DNA from: an uncultured cyanobacterium
Lineage (GTDB): Bacteria; Cyanobacteriota; Cyanobacteriia; Cyanobacteriales; Microcystaceae
Reading direction: 5' to 3'
Length of the DNA stretch: 64,000 bases
NCBI GenBank assembly: GCA_963807635.1
Contig: CAWEDJ010000041.1
Location: 1-64,000, forward strand
A program made the translations under genes and the position numbers. The first letter of the stretch is position 1. Each line of letters begins with the position of its first letter. The notes below the pieces were generated by a model, which saw only the letters and a list, made by a program, of their open reading frames with translations, searched no databases and was not told where the DNA came from. Shown piece after piece: positions 1 to 14,782 of this stretch.

Positions 1-840
1 ATCCCAAATGAAGATATTTAAAATATTCATAACTTCTCACTTCTGGGAATAAGTCTCTATACACTTCGCAGTATTCATCGATGAATTTCACTGTCCTTTG
101 CGCGTCCCGTGGCTTAACCATATACCACCTACCCCTTTCAGAGCTTTTCTTAATTATAACTCTCCATGATTGATAGAACAGCGCTATTATCCCTTTCAGA
201 GCTATTGCTCCTATCATGGTCACATTTTTTCCTCGACTTTTTGGAGCTAGACCATAAGCTCTCTTTCCTTTCTCCGCTCTGCCCTGAAGCCTCGTCATTC
301 CTCGGTTTGAGCCTGCTTCATCAATAAATACCATGTCTTCAGATTTTATATCTTTAATTCTTTCCCAATACTCTAACCTCTCTTGCTGTACTCTTTCTGT
401 ATATCGCTCACTCGCGTGTATCGTTTTTTTTACGCGTTAAATTTAGTCTTTTTAAGATACGACTAATCGTTGAGTTACTTACCACTATATTTGCTTCTTT
501 CTCTAATTTTTGTCTTAATTCATCCAAGGTTGCATCATTTTTTTCTTTGACCCACTCTCCTATGAGAATAATCTGCTCACCCGACATTTTCAATTTCTGT
601 CCTCCACCATGAGGTTTCGGGCTTACATCTCCTGTCTCACGCCATTGCTTAATAATTTTCTCAACAAAGCTCAATGCGACTCTAAATCGCATTGCTAGCT
701 TCGCTTGAGAGATTTTTTCTTCTTGATATACTTCAATTATTTTTTTGCGAAATTCTACAGAATAAGCTTTCATGTTTTTTAAATTAATACTTTACAAGAT
801 TCTTTTTTATATTTATACCTCATTCAAGTGAATTCCGCTA
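1..840 (-). mobile_element. IS630-family insertion sequence, cut by the window start; transposase split into HTH ORF (408..773) and DDE ORF (<1..~430)
   Basis: ORF MKAYSVEFRKKII...LTRKK is a typical IS630 N-terminal HTH. A second frame continues after the A-run at 424-431 (KTIHASE...VFIDEAG). The end reads TA|TAGCGGAATTCACTTGAATGAGG on the minus strand from 842. Confidence 0.85.
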
Positions 841-1111
841 TATTTTTTCCAACTAATAAATTAATCCTTCCTAATTTATTCAACTCAAAGGAAGGAAAAC
901 AACGAAAGTTCTCTATTTTTAATGATCTCAGCATTTTAATTTATCCTTAGACAGTCATAATTTATATCGTAAGAAGTGATCGCCTGTTTATCCTGTCTAA
1001 AAAAGCAGTCATAAGTCGGATTGAAATAGATTATTAAAGCACACATTAAATAAAAATTTAATTAGTTTCATCATAACAGAAAAGTTACCGATCGCCTTTA
1101 CAATTAGTTAA

Positions 1112-3516
<2,405 letters not shown>

Positions 3517-3939
3517 TAATGCTTCCTGTCCTGCGATTTTGCGAGGCAGTTTAATCCATTGGGCAAGTAGAGATGCGCTAGATATTCGTGGTTTAGGGGA
3601 AAAAATCGTGATTTTATTGCTCAATAATAATTTGTTGCAATCCCTAAATGGACTCTACCTTTTGCAATGGGAGCAACTGGTGAATTTAGAAAAAATGGGC
3701 GAAAAATCTGCTCAGAAATTAGTGAATGCGATTCAAGAAAGTAAACAACAACCCTGGTCAAGAGTCCTCTACGGTTTAGGGATTCGCTATGTGGGAGCGG
3801 TTAACGCTAAAATTCTGGCCAAAAGTTTTCCTAATGTTGATTTATTATCTCAAGCGACGATTCCCACGTTGTCGGGAGTCTATGGCATTGGAGAAGAGAT
3901 TGCTCAATCGGTTTTTGATTGGTTTAGAAATGAATCTAA

Positions 3940-5217
<1,278 letters not shown>

Positions 5218-5266
5218 ATTTGAAAATTTAATTATTATAAATTATTACAAATGGTAAAAAAATAGC

Positions 5267-5560
5267 TTAAATACTTTTTTTAGAAAAATCATCACTTAAT
5301 AACTCAGATGGATTTTTCTGATTGAGTTCTGGTTTAAACGTGCGATAAGCAAATGCCTCCGCACGGTTTAAGTTAGACGGTTCAATTTCAATCCAATCAA
5401 TTGTCCAGTCCATACCATATTTGTAGATGATTTTAGGAAGAATATGATGGTTTTGCCAGCGTTTCTTAAGATTTCGGGTCTGGCCAACATATATAATTCG
5501 ATCATGATACCATACTCGATAGATTGCACTTATAGGAGGAAGTTGAGATAAATCAATCAT
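5267..5560 (-). CDS. small GIY-YIG nuclease
   Basis: AIY-x9-YVGQTRNLKKRWQNH...E...KPELN signature. Probable start ATG 5560 overlaps the upstream stop (ATGATTGA). Confidence 0.85.
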   Translation of the reverse strand: MIDLSQLPPISAIYRVWYHDRIIYVGQTRNLKKRWQNHHILPKIIYKYGMDWTIDWIEIEPSNLNRAEAFAYRTFKPELNQKNPSELLSDDFSKKSI

Positions 5561-5894
5561 CGTTTTCTGCTGCCTTATCCATTTCAACTCGTTCTGGGTG
5601 AAAAACCAAAGTTTTTAGTTCAGCTTTAACAGTTTTGCGTTCTTTTTCGGCAAGGTATTCAATATCAGAAATACGGATTCCTATCCAGTCGCCATGAGTA
5701 CGCAGTTGTTCGAGAACGTATTCCCACGTTTTGCGCCTACGAAAATCACGTTTACCGCACAACGTGAAGTATTTCTGTTTAATTTCTGTTGTATTTGATA
5801 GTCCAGAAAGAGCATAGCATTCATTTTTGATGGCAATCAACTTCATTCTGTCGATGCCAGAGTTTTTCCGCCGTTGAGACTGACGTTTAGGCAT
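5553..5894 (-). CDS. hypothetical basic protein
   Basis: Open frame; ATG 5894 overlaps the upstream stop (ATGCCTAA); Lys/Arg-rich with a DFRRRKTWE motif. Confidence 0.7.
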   Translation of the reverse strand: MPKRQSQRRKNSGIDRMKLIAIKNECYALSGLSNTTEIKQKYFTLCGKRDFRRRKTWEYVLEQLRTHGDWIGIRISDIEYLAEKERKTVKAELKTLVFHPERVEMDKAAENDD

Positions 5895-6438
5895 TAAACA
5901 GCTCCTGCTGAAGTTTATCAAGCTTGTCTTTAGAATTTGCTTTATAGATTGCTTCAATCTGACGACGAATTTCAGGATCTAAGGCTTTGGCTACCTCCAA
6001 AACCATTTCTTTTTGTCGGCGATAACGCTCATTCCATGATCTATACATTACCTGGGATGCTTTGAGCGTTTTGGTTGCTTGATGGATAGCTTGTAAGTCT
6101 ATATCTGAATTTAATCCTAGAAGGTGAGATATTGCTCGTGCAAATTTAGCAAATGGAGTATTAGCTTTGCCTTGTATTAAGTCAATATTTTCAGTTTGTA
6201 AAGCCTCAATAATAACATCGGCCGCTCCCTGAATAAGTGCTTTATTTTCCGCAGGCGCAACACTTCCGTACTTTTGCCTGTGTTCTTCCAGCAAAAAATC
6301 ATAATTCGTTGCTCTATGTCGTAAGTAGTTGAATACCTGACGAGGATTATAATCATCAGGCACTTGAGCCAATAACTCAGGCTTGATGAGTTTTACCGAA
6401 CTCCTTAGTTCCTGAACGATGACATTAGGCTGGTTCAT
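5887..6438 (-). CDS. hypothetical helical protein with a DUF2293-like motif
   Basis: Frame open to 6513, likely start ATG 6438 (MNQPNV). NYLRHRATNYDFLL resembles the HIRHxxTxYDxLL motif I recall for DUF2293. Confidence 0.6.
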   Translation of the reverse strand: MNQPNVIVQELRSSVKLIKPELLAQVPDDYNPRQVFNYLRHRATNYDFLLEEHRQKYGSVAPAENKALIQGAADVIIEALQTENIDLIQGKANTPFAKFARAISHLLGLNSDIDLQAIHQATKTLKASQVMYRSWNERYRRQKEMVLEVAKALDPEIRRQIEAIYKANSKDKLDKLQQELFNA

Positions 6439-6833
6439 AACAGTGTTGTGGGCAATTATTTTATTTACAAAAAATACAAATACTTCAGAAATAGAACGCT
6501 TAATTATAGTCAAAACGTCCTTATTAGTGCGATCGCTGATTTTATGGAATGTATCTCACATAACAATAGATATACTACAATACAACCGACTCAATTGCAA
6601 TAGTTAAAATTACCTAAATTAAATGTTGAATTTCTGGATTGCTTATTCTAAAAGGTGATTAACTTAGACAGCGATCGCCCCTTAGCCCCTGACCCAAAGA
6701 TAAAAAGCGATCGTATCTAGTTTAATACGTGGTTTGAACAGAATTAGAACTATTAAAAGACGTGGCTTATAGTATTCCCCTAATATCAGTTTAAATACAG
6801 GATAAAAAAATTGAAAATACTTGATCAATCACA

Positions 6834-8216
6834 TCAACGACTTGACACCTTTAAAGTTTCAACAATAGAAACTAATTCCCGTTCAAAGGCTACCTGCGCT
6901 CGATTAGTTTTTCCCCCTAAATATAATGGATTGACTGAATTTTTGTTTTGAATTTCAGAATTTTCCTGTAATGCCCAAATCTGGGAATGAGAAACATAAC
7001 TCATCATTACGCCTAACATCAATAAACCGAAGCCCGTATAGACAAAGGGAATGCCTGGATCAGCTTTAATTTGTAATCCCGTACTACCGATTAATTCATA
7101 GATTTTAAGCGTCACACCGTTTACATTAATACTACTCCCTTCGCGGACAGCATTATTTAAATTGCCCTGTTGATCATAGAGAATCATGGTTCCCTGTAGA
7201 TCCTTGGTTAATAATGCAACGCCTTCACTCAAATCGGTTTTAGTCGGAATCCAGGTTCCCCAAATTTTACCCCCTCCTTCCGCTTTTAGAGGAGCCATAG
7301 GTAACTGAAAAATAGGACTATTATTAATCTGGACTCTGACGGCTGAAATCCCCCAACTGGTTTGATAAAAAGTTACACCCTTATGACGCAAAGGTTCATT
7401 TACATGAATCGTTCTACGGTCTAATTCCTTACCTTGATTGTCGATAACAGATAAATCGGAATAAAATTGATCAATCGCTCCCTTCGGGGTATAATCAATC
7501 CAAAAACGGTTAACTTTAATTCCCCAATCCTTTGGCACATTCCCTTTCGCGAGCGGCCCTGCTTCAATAATATTTTTGACTTGAAAACTATCTCCACTCT
7601 TCACCATTTCTTGAGCTAAAAATCCCGTTAAAGCTCCCCAAATTGCACCTCCTAAGATAATTAACATGGCGGCATGAACAACAATCGGGCCAATTCTGCC
7701 GATAATTCCTTTACGGGCATAGAGCATTTGTCCTTCTTGAAAAACTTTATACCCCTTTTGTTGTAATAGGGGTGTTAATTTTTCGACAGGAATAGGATCT
7801 AAATTGGTACTAAAGGCTAATTTTTGAAATTGTCTGGATTTACGATAAAATTGCCAACGTTGAGCGGCTTTGAGGGCAGGAAATTGACGGGTAAAGGTAC
7901 AAACGGTTAAACTCGTACCGAATAAAACGAGAAGGGATAAAAACCACCAGGTACTATAAACATGGTTCAGACCCAAGGTTAAAACGAGTTGCCAATTTAA
8001 AAATCCAAATAAGGCAGGATCTTCGGGATAATTTGCTTGATAAAAGGATAGGGATTCGCCTTGCTCGATTACGGTTCCGCTAATACTGAAAAGCGCAATT
8101 AATAATAATAAAATAATTGCTAAACGTAAATCCGCGATCGCCTTAAGCACGGAACGCCAGGCTTGTTTGAGGGAAAGAAACCAAGAAGATTGGGGGGAAG
8201 AGTCAGAAAGGGTCAT
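6834..8216 (-). CDS. ccsB: cytochrome c biogenesis protein Ccs1/CcsB (ResB family)
   Basis: [41 protein letters not shown]; likely start MTLSDS at 8216. Confidence 0.92.
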   Translation of the reverse strand: MTLSDSSPQSSWFLSLKQAWRSVLKAIADLRLAIILLLLIALFSISGTVIEQGESLSFYQANYPEDPALFGFLNWQLVLTLGLNHVYSTWWFLSLLVLFGTSLTVCTFTRQFPALKAAQRWQFYRKSRQFQKLAFSTNLDPIPVEKLTPLLQQKGYKVFQEGQMLYARKGIIGRIGPIVVHAAMLIILGGAIWGALTGFLAQEMVKSGDSFQVKNIIEAGPLAKGNVPKDWGIKVNRFWIDYTPKGAIDQFYSDLSVIDNQGKELDRRTIHVNEPLRHKGVTFYQTSWGISAVRVQINNSPIFQLPMAPLKAEGGGKIWGTWIPTKTDLSEGVALLTKDLQGTMILYDQQGNLNNAVREGSSINVNGVTLKIYELIGSTGLQIKADPGIPFVYTGFGLLMLGVMMSYVSHSQIWALQENSEIQNKNSVNPLYLGGKTNRAQVAFERELVSIVETLKVSSR

Positions 8217-8443
8217 CGGTAAGCACGAATTCCAACAAATGGGGGGACGTAACTTGACTTTAACATCTTCAATCAATGGATCATTGCTCCGATCAAATTT
8301 TCCGTGACTAGGGCGATCGCGAAGTTCGTTTGGAGGAGTTCGATTCATCCAAGATTTGCAAAGGATTCCCAACGCAAGAATGGGCCACGTTTCCGATAAA
8401 ATGCAAGTAATGACTTCATTGAGTGGCACTGCTGTATTTTCCC

Positions 8444-8950
8444 ATGAAATATTTTTTCCGACTCGTAATTAGCCTGATGGCTTTCGTGCTGTTATTCTTG
8501 CCCCTGCCCGCCCAGGCCGCCAGTTCTTCCTCTGTAACGGGAACTAGCTCAACCTTTGAAAATAGTACGATGGCGGGAAAAGATTTTACAGGACAGAATC
8601 TACAAACGGCTCAATTTACCAACGTCGATCTCAGCGACGCGAATTTCACTAAAACGGATTTGCGAGGCGCGGTTTTCAACGGTTCTACCCTCACCAACGC
8701 CAAGTTACAGGGAGCAGACCTCACCAACGGACTGAGTTATTTAAGTAGTTTTGAAAAAGCTGATCTGCGGGATGCGGTTTTCGCTGAAGCGATTATGCTC
8801 AGAACGTCGTTTAAAGATGCCGATATTACGGGAGCCGATTTCAGTTTGGCGGTTTTAGATAATTTCCAAGTGATTCAGCTTTGTGCAAAAGCAGATGGTG
8901 TGAATTCTAAAACGGGAGTTAGTACCCGCGAGTCCCTGGGCTGTTCTTAG
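8444..8950 (+). CDS. secreted/lumenal pentapeptide repeat protein
   Basis: Signal peptide ending AQA; A(D/N)Lxx repeats; C-terminal LC...GVN...TRESLGC. Confidence 0.9.
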   Translation: MKYFFRLVISLMAFVLLFLPLPAQAASSSSVTGTSSTFENSTMAGKDFTGQNLQTAQFTNVDLSDANFTKTDLRGAVFNGSTLTNAKLQGADLTNGLSYLSSFEKADLRDAVFAEAIMLRTSFKDADITGADFSLAVLDNFQVIQLCAKADGVNSKTGVSTRESLGCS

Positions 8951-8970
8951 TTTAATAAAGATAAAAATTC

Positions 8971-10110
8971 ATGGAAAATCAACGAGTTGGGGTCATTGGT
9001 GGAGGTCAGTTAGCCTGGATGATGGCCCAAGAGGCTCCTGACCTCAATTTAGATTTGGTGATTCAAACTCCTTCCCCCGATGATCCCGCCGTTGCCTTGG
9101 CTTGCGATCGCGTTTTTGCGGCCATTGATGATGCGTCCGCGACGGCAGAATTAGCCAAAACCTGTGGTGTAATCACCTTTGAAAATGAGTTTGTCGATCT
9201 AGACGCACTAAAAATTTTAGAAGATCAGGGCGTTTGTTTTCGACCCAGTATCAGCACTTTGCAACCCTTATTAGATAAATACGACCAACGTTGCTATTTA
9301 CAAAAAATTGGACTGCCGGTTCCTAGTTTTCAATCCTTTAATCTCTCCCAACCGCTTCCCTTTGCCTATCCTTTTGTGTTGAAAGCTCGTCGTCATGGCT
9401 ATGATGGTCAGGGAACTTATGTGATTAAAAGTTCAGACGATTTAGCGAGACTTGCGCCCCAAATTCTGGGCAATAAATGGTTAATTGAAGAATTTATTCC
9501 CTTTGAACGAGAATTAGCGATCATGGCGGCTCGCAGTGTGACAGGGGAAATCGTTTTTTATCCCGTTGTCGAAACCCAACAAGTGAACCAAGTTTGCCAT
9601 TGGGTGATGGTTCCCGCCCCTATTTCTTCAGATTTACAAAGCAAAATTGAAGATTATACCCGTCTTTTATTAACGGAATTAAACGCGATCGGAATCTTTG
9701 GCATTGAATTCTTTTTAACGGCAAGCGGCGATGTGCTGATCAATGAAATCGCTCCCCGTACCCACAATTCTGGACACTATACCCTAGATGCCTGTGATAT
9801 TTCCCAATTTGCGCTCCAACTCCAAGCCGTGACGGGACAACCTTTAAAACAACCTATTTTGCAGTGTCAACAAGCTGTCATGGTTAATTTATTGGGCTAC
9901 GAAAATTCCGAAGGGGATTATGCAGAAAAAAGAGCGGAACTTGCCGAAATTCCCCAGGCTTTTGTGCATTGGTACAACAAAACCGAATCCCGAATCGGTC
10001 GAAAATTGGGTCATGTGACGGTTTTAATAAATCATCTAGATCATCAAAATCAAGGCCAAAATTTATTGGCAATTATTCAAAAAATTGAATCCATTTGGTA
10101 CTCTACCTGA
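8971..10110 (+). CDS. purK: 5-(carboxyamino)imidazole ribonucleotide synthase
   Basis: GVIGGGQLA, ITFENE, GYDGQG, NEIAPRTHNSGH, RKLGHVT. Confidence 0.96.
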   Translation: MENQRVGVIGGGQLAWMMAQEAPDLNLDLVIQTPSPDDPAVALACDRVFAAIDDASATAELAKTCGVITFENEFVDLDALKILEDQGVCFRPSISTLQPLLDKYDQRCYLQKIGLPVPSFQSFNLSQPLPFAYPFVLKARRHGYDGQGTYVIKSSDDLARLAPQILGNKWLIEEFIPFERELAIMAARSVTGEIVFYPVVETQQVNQVCHWVMVPAPISSDLQSKIEDYTRLLLTELNAIGIFGIEFFLTASGDVLINEIAPRTHNSGHYTLDACDISQFALQLQAVTGQPLKQPILQCQQAVMVNLLGYENSEGDYAEKRAELAEIPQAFVHWYNKTESRIGRKLGHVTVLINHLDHQNQGQNLLAIIQKIESIWYST

Positions 10111-10296
10111 CAAGGCGATCGCGAAAATTCTAAACAACTTTAAAATCCTTACAGAACCAAGATTTTAGGCATTAAAAAATGGTGGACTGTGACCTGCGGA
10201 ATGGGGATTGCAAAAAAATTGTTGACAAAAAAATCTGAAAAATCCCCCCAGAATTGGAAATTTAGGGGGTAATTCAACGACTTAGGGAACTCTTGC

Positions 10297-11412
10297 CTAA
10301 GAAACTGCCGATAATTCCTGATAGGTGGGAAAATCGATATAACCTTCAGGTTCGTAGGAATACCAGGTTGCCATATCAGAAATGGGATTGAGGGGCCAAT
10401 TATGGGCAAAACGTTCGACTAAATCGGGATTACTGATGTAGGGACGACCAAAGGCAATGAGATCGGCGTTACCGTCTTTAATCGCGGTTTCTGCCATTCC
10501 TTGATCGTATCCACAATTTCCGATGAGAGTCTGCTGAAAAACTTCCCGAAATTCTGCTAAAGTCATCGGTGTTCCTAGCTTATGAAAACCAAAAGCTAAT
10601 CCGTCCATGACGTGCAGATAGCCCAATTTGTAGGTATTAAGTTGTTGGGCATAGTAGAGAAAAGATTCGCGATAATCGGGAGAAGCCATGCCATTAAAAG
10701 TGCCATTGGGAGAAAGGCGAACCCCTACCCTTTGGGCATCCCAAACGGTCAAAACAGCTTCAGTAACTTCCTTGAGAAATTGGAAACGGTTTTCTTTGCT
10801 TCCGCCATAGCGATCGCTGCGTTCATTGCTTTTGGACTGGAGAAATTGATCAATCAGATAACCGTTGGCTCCATGAATTTCTACCCCATCAAAGCCCGCT
10901 CTTTTGGCTCCCTCGGCGGCTTTACGGTAATCTTCCACAATGCCGGGAATTTCATCGGTTTCCAAGGCACGGGGGACTTCGTAGGACATTTTCCCAATGG
11001 GTGTGTGAATACCATCTCCTTGAATCGCGATCGCTGAAGGAGCTACAGGTAATTCACCATTGGGCTGAAAACTAGAATGGGAAGCCCGTCCCATGTGCCA
11101 GAGTTGCAGAAAAATATGTCCCCCCTTCGCGTGAATGGCTTCTACTACCTTTTTCCAGCCCTGAATTTGTTCTTCGTTATAAATCCCAGGGGAATTTAAC
11201 CAACCGATCGCCTGGGTTGAAATCACCGTTGCTTCACTGATAATCAAGCCCGCCGAAGCCCGTTGACTATAGTAAGTGGCCATTAAATCATTGGGAATCC
11301 GACTTTCCCCCGCCCGCGATCGGGTTAGAGGAGCCAGGACAACACGGTTCGGTAAGGATAAATCGCCTAACTGGACAGGACTAAGTAAATGGGGAGAAAT
11401 GGTTTGAGTCAT
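10297..11412 (-). CDS. old yellow enzyme family alkene reductase (NemA-like)
   Basis: NRVVLAPLTRSRA, QLWHMGR, GVEIHGANGYLIDQF, GRPYISNPDL. Confidence 0.93.
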   Translation of the reverse strand: MTQTISPHLLSPVQLGDLSLPNRVVLAPLTRSRAGESRIPNDLMATYYSQRASAGLIISEATVISTQAIGWLNSPGIYNEEQIQGWKKVVEAIHAKGGHIFLQLWHMGRASHSSFQPNGELPVAPSAIAIQGDGIHTPIGKMSYEVPRALETDEIPGIVEDYRKAAEGAKRAGFDGVEIHGANGYLIDQFLQSKSNERSDRYGGSKENRFQFLKEVTEAVLTVWDAQRVGVRLSPNGTFNGMASPDYRESFLYYAQQLNTYKLGYLHVMDGLAFGFHKLGTPMTLAEFREVFQQTLIGNCGYDQGMAETAIKDGNADLIAFGRPYISNPDLVERFAHNWPLNPISDMATWYSYEPEGYIDFPTYQELSAVS

Positions 11413-11518
11413 AGTTTTGATAATTGTTCAGTTAGCAGTAAACTTCTATGTGTTAGCTTATTTTTGAAGTTTTGACAAAAATACAACAGATTCCTTTTGG
11501 AGCAACAAAAAAATCTTC

Positions 11519-11551
11519 GTAGGGACATAATATATTATGTATGATATCCCT
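11519..11551 (+). repeat. REP-like palindrome (GTAG-initiated, degenerate)
   Basis: GTAGGGACATAATATATTATGT...ATCCCT contains the perfect palindrome ACATAATATATTATGT. Confidence 0.5.
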
Positions 11552-11592
11552 GTCCTCCATAGGATTTAACTATCAAACTGTTGTAAGATTAA

Positions 11593-12327
11593 TTGACTTC
11601 ACAAACAGATTCAAACATGACTCAAAAATTAGGGATTCTCTACGGGGTGAGTGTGGGAACGGGTGATCCCGAATTAATTACGGTTAAAGGTTTAAACTTA
11701 TTACAAAATACGTCCACTCTTGCCTTTCCTGCGGGGATTAACGATCAGATAGGTATTGCCGAAAAAATCATCGAACCCTGGTTAACAGAAAAGCAGAAAA
11801 AATTACCCTTAAACTTTCCCTACGTTCTGGATGAAACGCAATTAGAAAAAGCTTGGCAAGTTGCGGCTGAAATAATTTGGCCCTATCTAGCACAAGGGGA
11901 AGACGTAGTTTTTGCCTGTGAAGGAGATGTGAGTTTTTATAGTACCTTTACCTATTTAGCTGAAACTTTACAAAAGCAACATCCAGAAGTTGAAATCATC
12001 AGGATTCCAGGAGTTTGTTCCCCAATGGCAGCCTCTGCGGCCTTGGGAATACCCTTAACCATTCGCCAACAACGGTTAGTTGTCTTACCCGCCCTTTACA
12101 CCATTGAAGAATTAGAAAAAGCTTTAGATTGGGCAGAAGTGATTGTTTTAATGAAAGTGAGTTCAGTTTATCCAACGGTCTGGGAAATTTTACACAAGCG
12201 GAATTTATTAAACAATGCTTGGATCGTAGAAAAAGCCACAACAAACGATGAAAAAATTTATCGAGATCTAGAAAATCATCCCCATCTCAAATTATCCTAT
12301 TTTTCAATTTTAATTATTCAAGTTTAA
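11593..12327 (+). CDS. cobI: precorrin-2 C20-methyltransferase
   Basis: LYGVSVGTGDPELITVKG, CEGDVSFYSTF, IPGVCS; the start may be ATG 11617. Confidence 0.92.
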   Translation: MTSQTDSNMTQKLGILYGVSVGTGDPELITVKGLNLLQNTSTLAFPAGINDQIGIAEKIIEPWLTEKQKKLPLNFPYVLDETQLEKAWQVAAEIIWPYLAQGEDVVFACEGDVSFYSTFTYLAETLQKQHPEVEIIRIPGVCSPMAASAALGIPLTIRQQRLVVLPALYTIEELEKALDWAEVIVLMKVSSVYPTVWEILHKRNLLNNAWIVEKATTNDEKIYRDLENHPHLKLSYFSILIIQV

Positions 12328-12340
12328 TTGGGAATTTACA

Positions 12341-12664
12341 ATGCAGACAACCACACAAACCGCGATCGCAGAATCAATCAAAAGTATTGATCAATCAGTT
12401 GTGCCATCTATAGCAATTCATATTTCCTTTGAAATGTTATTAACAACGATAGAAAGTCTACCACACCATCAACAATGGCAACTATATCAAACCCTTGGTA
12501 CAAAGCTTGCCCCTATTTCAGCCGAAGCAAAAGCTATTTCTCGCCTATCCGATGAAGACGATCCTAGCAAATGGATTACAGTCATGGAAGCTGAGGAGGA
12601 AGTGGATGAACAAGCTCTCGACGCTTGGTTAGAAACGGAAGGATATCCACAGAATAATGTATAA
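12341..12664 (+). CDS. hypothetical protein, putative antitoxin
   Basis: Acidic C-terminus; overlaps the downstream RelE-like gene by 8 nt. Confidence 0.55.
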   Translation: MQTTTQTAIAESIKSIDQSVVPSIAIHISFEMLLTTIESLPHHQQWQLYQTLGTKLAPISAEAKAISRLSDEDDPSKWITVMEAEEEVDEQALDAWLETEGYPQNNV

Positions 12665-12962
12665 ACTTGCCTTACATCAACATATCCAGTCTGAGGATCT
12701 TGTCCTTTTGCCCGAAGAACTACAAAAGAAATTCATTCAATATCAAAAAGTGTTGAAAATAGATCCATACAAGACTAAAGGTATTCCTAGTCATAATTTG
12801 CAGGGAAATCTCAAAAACTACCGAGCTTTAGAAATAGATTTTGAAGGCACGAGTTATCGTCTTGTTTATCGAGTGTATAATTCATCTTCACCAAGATATA
12901 TAAACATCATTAGTTTTGGAGAACATGATCTTGCTTATGAAAAAGCGATAGAAAGAAAATAA
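12657..12962 (+). CDS. RelE/ParE-like toxin
   Basis: 101 aa; HNLQGNLKNYRALEI...YRLVYRV...IISFGEH...Y pattern. Confidence 0.75.
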   Translation: MYKLALHQHIQSEDLVLLPEELQKKFIQYQKVLKIDPYKTKGIPSHNLQGNLKNYRALEIDFEGTSYRLVYRVYNSSSPRYINIISFGEHDLAYEKAIERK

Positions 12963-12994
12963 TTTCAGTACTTTACTTTGCTCAAAATATCTAT

Positions 12995-13399
12995 TCAACT
13001 CACTAAGGTTTCCTTATTGGAATCATGGGGTGGATCTTGAGTCGGGTTCATACTAGCCCTCTGTAACTTTGCTAAATGACGCTTGGCCGCAGACTCTTCT
13101 TGTTCAATATTAATTTGAATTTTGGGGCCTGAACTGGCTAATCGAACCACCATTCCATCAATGACAGTCACCTTTGTAATCGCCTGACCATTGAGGTAAG
13201 TGCCATTCGCCCCCACATTAATGGCTTCCCAGCCCGAAGCGCCCCGTCTAATTTCTAAGTGATGACGAGAAACCACCGCGCTATAAAGCACCACATCGTT
13301 ATCGGCGGCTCGTCCAATTTTTACCACTGATTCAGTTTCAAATGTCCAATTTTGAACGGGAACCGCTTTTCCTGGCAACAATAACGTCAGAGTAATCAC
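12995..13399 (-). CDS. FHA domain protein
   Basis: IGRAADND, VSRHH, GANGTYLNG. Confidence 0.9.
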   Translation of the reverse strand: MITLTLLLPGKAVPVQNWTFETESVVKIGRAADNDVVLYSAVVSRHHLEIRRGASGWEAINVGANGTYLNGQAITKVTVIDGMVVRLASSGPKIQINIEQEESAAKRHLAKLQRASMNPTQDPPHDSNKETLVS

Positions 13400-13661
13400 T
13401 GAGATTTCATTTTAAAAAACTTTGATTCTATTATAAACTGAGTTTCTACCCAATCTTATTTATGCAACTATTTGTGCAACAAGTTGATAAATTACTTGCT
13501 AGGTTAGATCTGAGATCCGTTTTGGATTAAAAAAGCACGTTTTGAACTAGGATTGGGAATTAATGAGGTTTAATTTCAATTAAAGAGGAGTTAATGTGTC
13601 AAAAAAAGACTTTTCTCCTCTTTTGTGGATTTTTAACCTACCTAATCACCAATATTCTCGG

Positions 13662-13925
13662 TTACAGAACACCTGTACTCGCTAAACCGAGGACAATGCC
13701 CGCGCCTAAAATATGGCCGAAGCTCATGGTGGCTAAAAGTTCGGGTAAGCCGAAGGTTTTTTTCGAGGCTAACTGGGGAACGGGTAATCCCTTACCTTTT
13801 CCTGTGTTTTGGATGGCAAAATAGCCGATAATGACAGCGAAGAGATTGGCAAGACTCATGATAACTCCCACCGATAGATTCCAATTGGCGGTAGTTGGGG
13901 CAATTTGAGCAAGTAACATCGACAT
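13662..13925 (-). CDS. psaK: photosystem I subunit PsaK
   Basis: FGLPELLATMSFGHILGAGIVLGL. Confidence 0.95.
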   Translation of the reverse strand: MSMLLAQIAPTTANWNLSVGVIMSLANLFAVIIGYFAIQNTGKGKGLPVPQLASKKTFGLPELLATMSFGHILGAGIVLGLASTGVL

Positions 13926-14060
13926 GAGATTCTTTCTCCTAGAGTGGAATAAACGTTAATAACTTTTTTATAAACAAAAGAAATTATAGAAATCTCCTGA
14001 CCCCTAAAGAGCAATTTGTTTGAATACTTAACATTTCGATGATTTTTATTACTATCTACT

Positions 14061-14714
14061 ATGCGGATTAAAATTTGTGGCATTTGTCAACCTGAGCAGG
14101 GATACGCGATCGCGGAATTAGGAATCAAGACCCTGGGATTTATTTGTGTACCAAGCTCACCTCGTTATGTGACGGCGGAAAAAGCGCGACAAATTTTGGA
14201 GAAGTTACCGCCAGGCATTCAAACAATTGGGGTTTTTGCCGATGCGAGTTTAGAAACCATTGAACAAGTGGTTTTAGCCACAGGCTTTACGGGAATACAA
14301 TTACACGGGCATGAGACGACCGAGTTTTGCCGAGAAATCAAACAAGCTTTCCCCGACCGAGAAATTATTAAGGCGTTACGCATTCAATCTGCCGAATCTC
14401 TCCAAAAGGCGCACTGCGGAGCAGATCCCTACGGGATCGCCTATTATTCCGTCGTAGATGCGCTGTTACTGGATGCTTATCATCCCCAACAGTTAGGCGG
14501 AACGGGACAAACCCTCCCCTGGGAAAGTTTGAAAAATTTTAAGCCACCCTGTCCCTGGTTACTCGCAGGAGGATTAACTCCCGAAAATGTCTTAACGGCT
14601 CTGAGTTATTTACAACCCGATGGCATTGATCTCTCTAGTGGCGTAGAGCGATCGCCTGGAAATAAGGATCTAGATAAAGTCAGAAAATTAATTGAATCCC
14701 TGAAAATAGCCTAA
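14061..14714 (+). CDS. trpF: phosphoribosylanthranilate isomerase carrying an 8-aa insertion
   Basis: [42 protein letters not shown]. Confidence 0.95.
   Translation: MRIKICGICQPEQGYAIAELGIKTLGFICVPSSPRYVTAEKARQILEKLPPGIQTIGVFADASLETIEQVVLATGFTGIQLHGHETTEFCREIKQAFPDREIIKALRIQSAESLQKAHCGADPYGIAYYSVVDALLLDAYHPQQLGGTGQTLPWESLKNFKPPCPWLLAGGLTPENVLTALSYLQPDGIDLSSGVERSPGNKDLDKVRKLIESLKIA
14412..14435. repeat. 24-nt small dispersed repeat-like insertion inside a HIP1 site
   Basis: GCG|CACTGCGGAGCAGATCCCTACGGG|ATCGC; removal restores GCGATCGC and the peptide KAIAYY. Confidence 0.7.
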
Positions 14715-14782
14715 TTTTATGCCTATATATCAAAAATTATTTCCCGTTTTAAAAATTGATCGAACATCAAGAATTAATAACA

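Noticed and set aside
8217..8429. 70-aa N-terminal extension of CcsB
   Set aside because: This is the divergent promoter region; family similarity begins near MTLSDS (8216).
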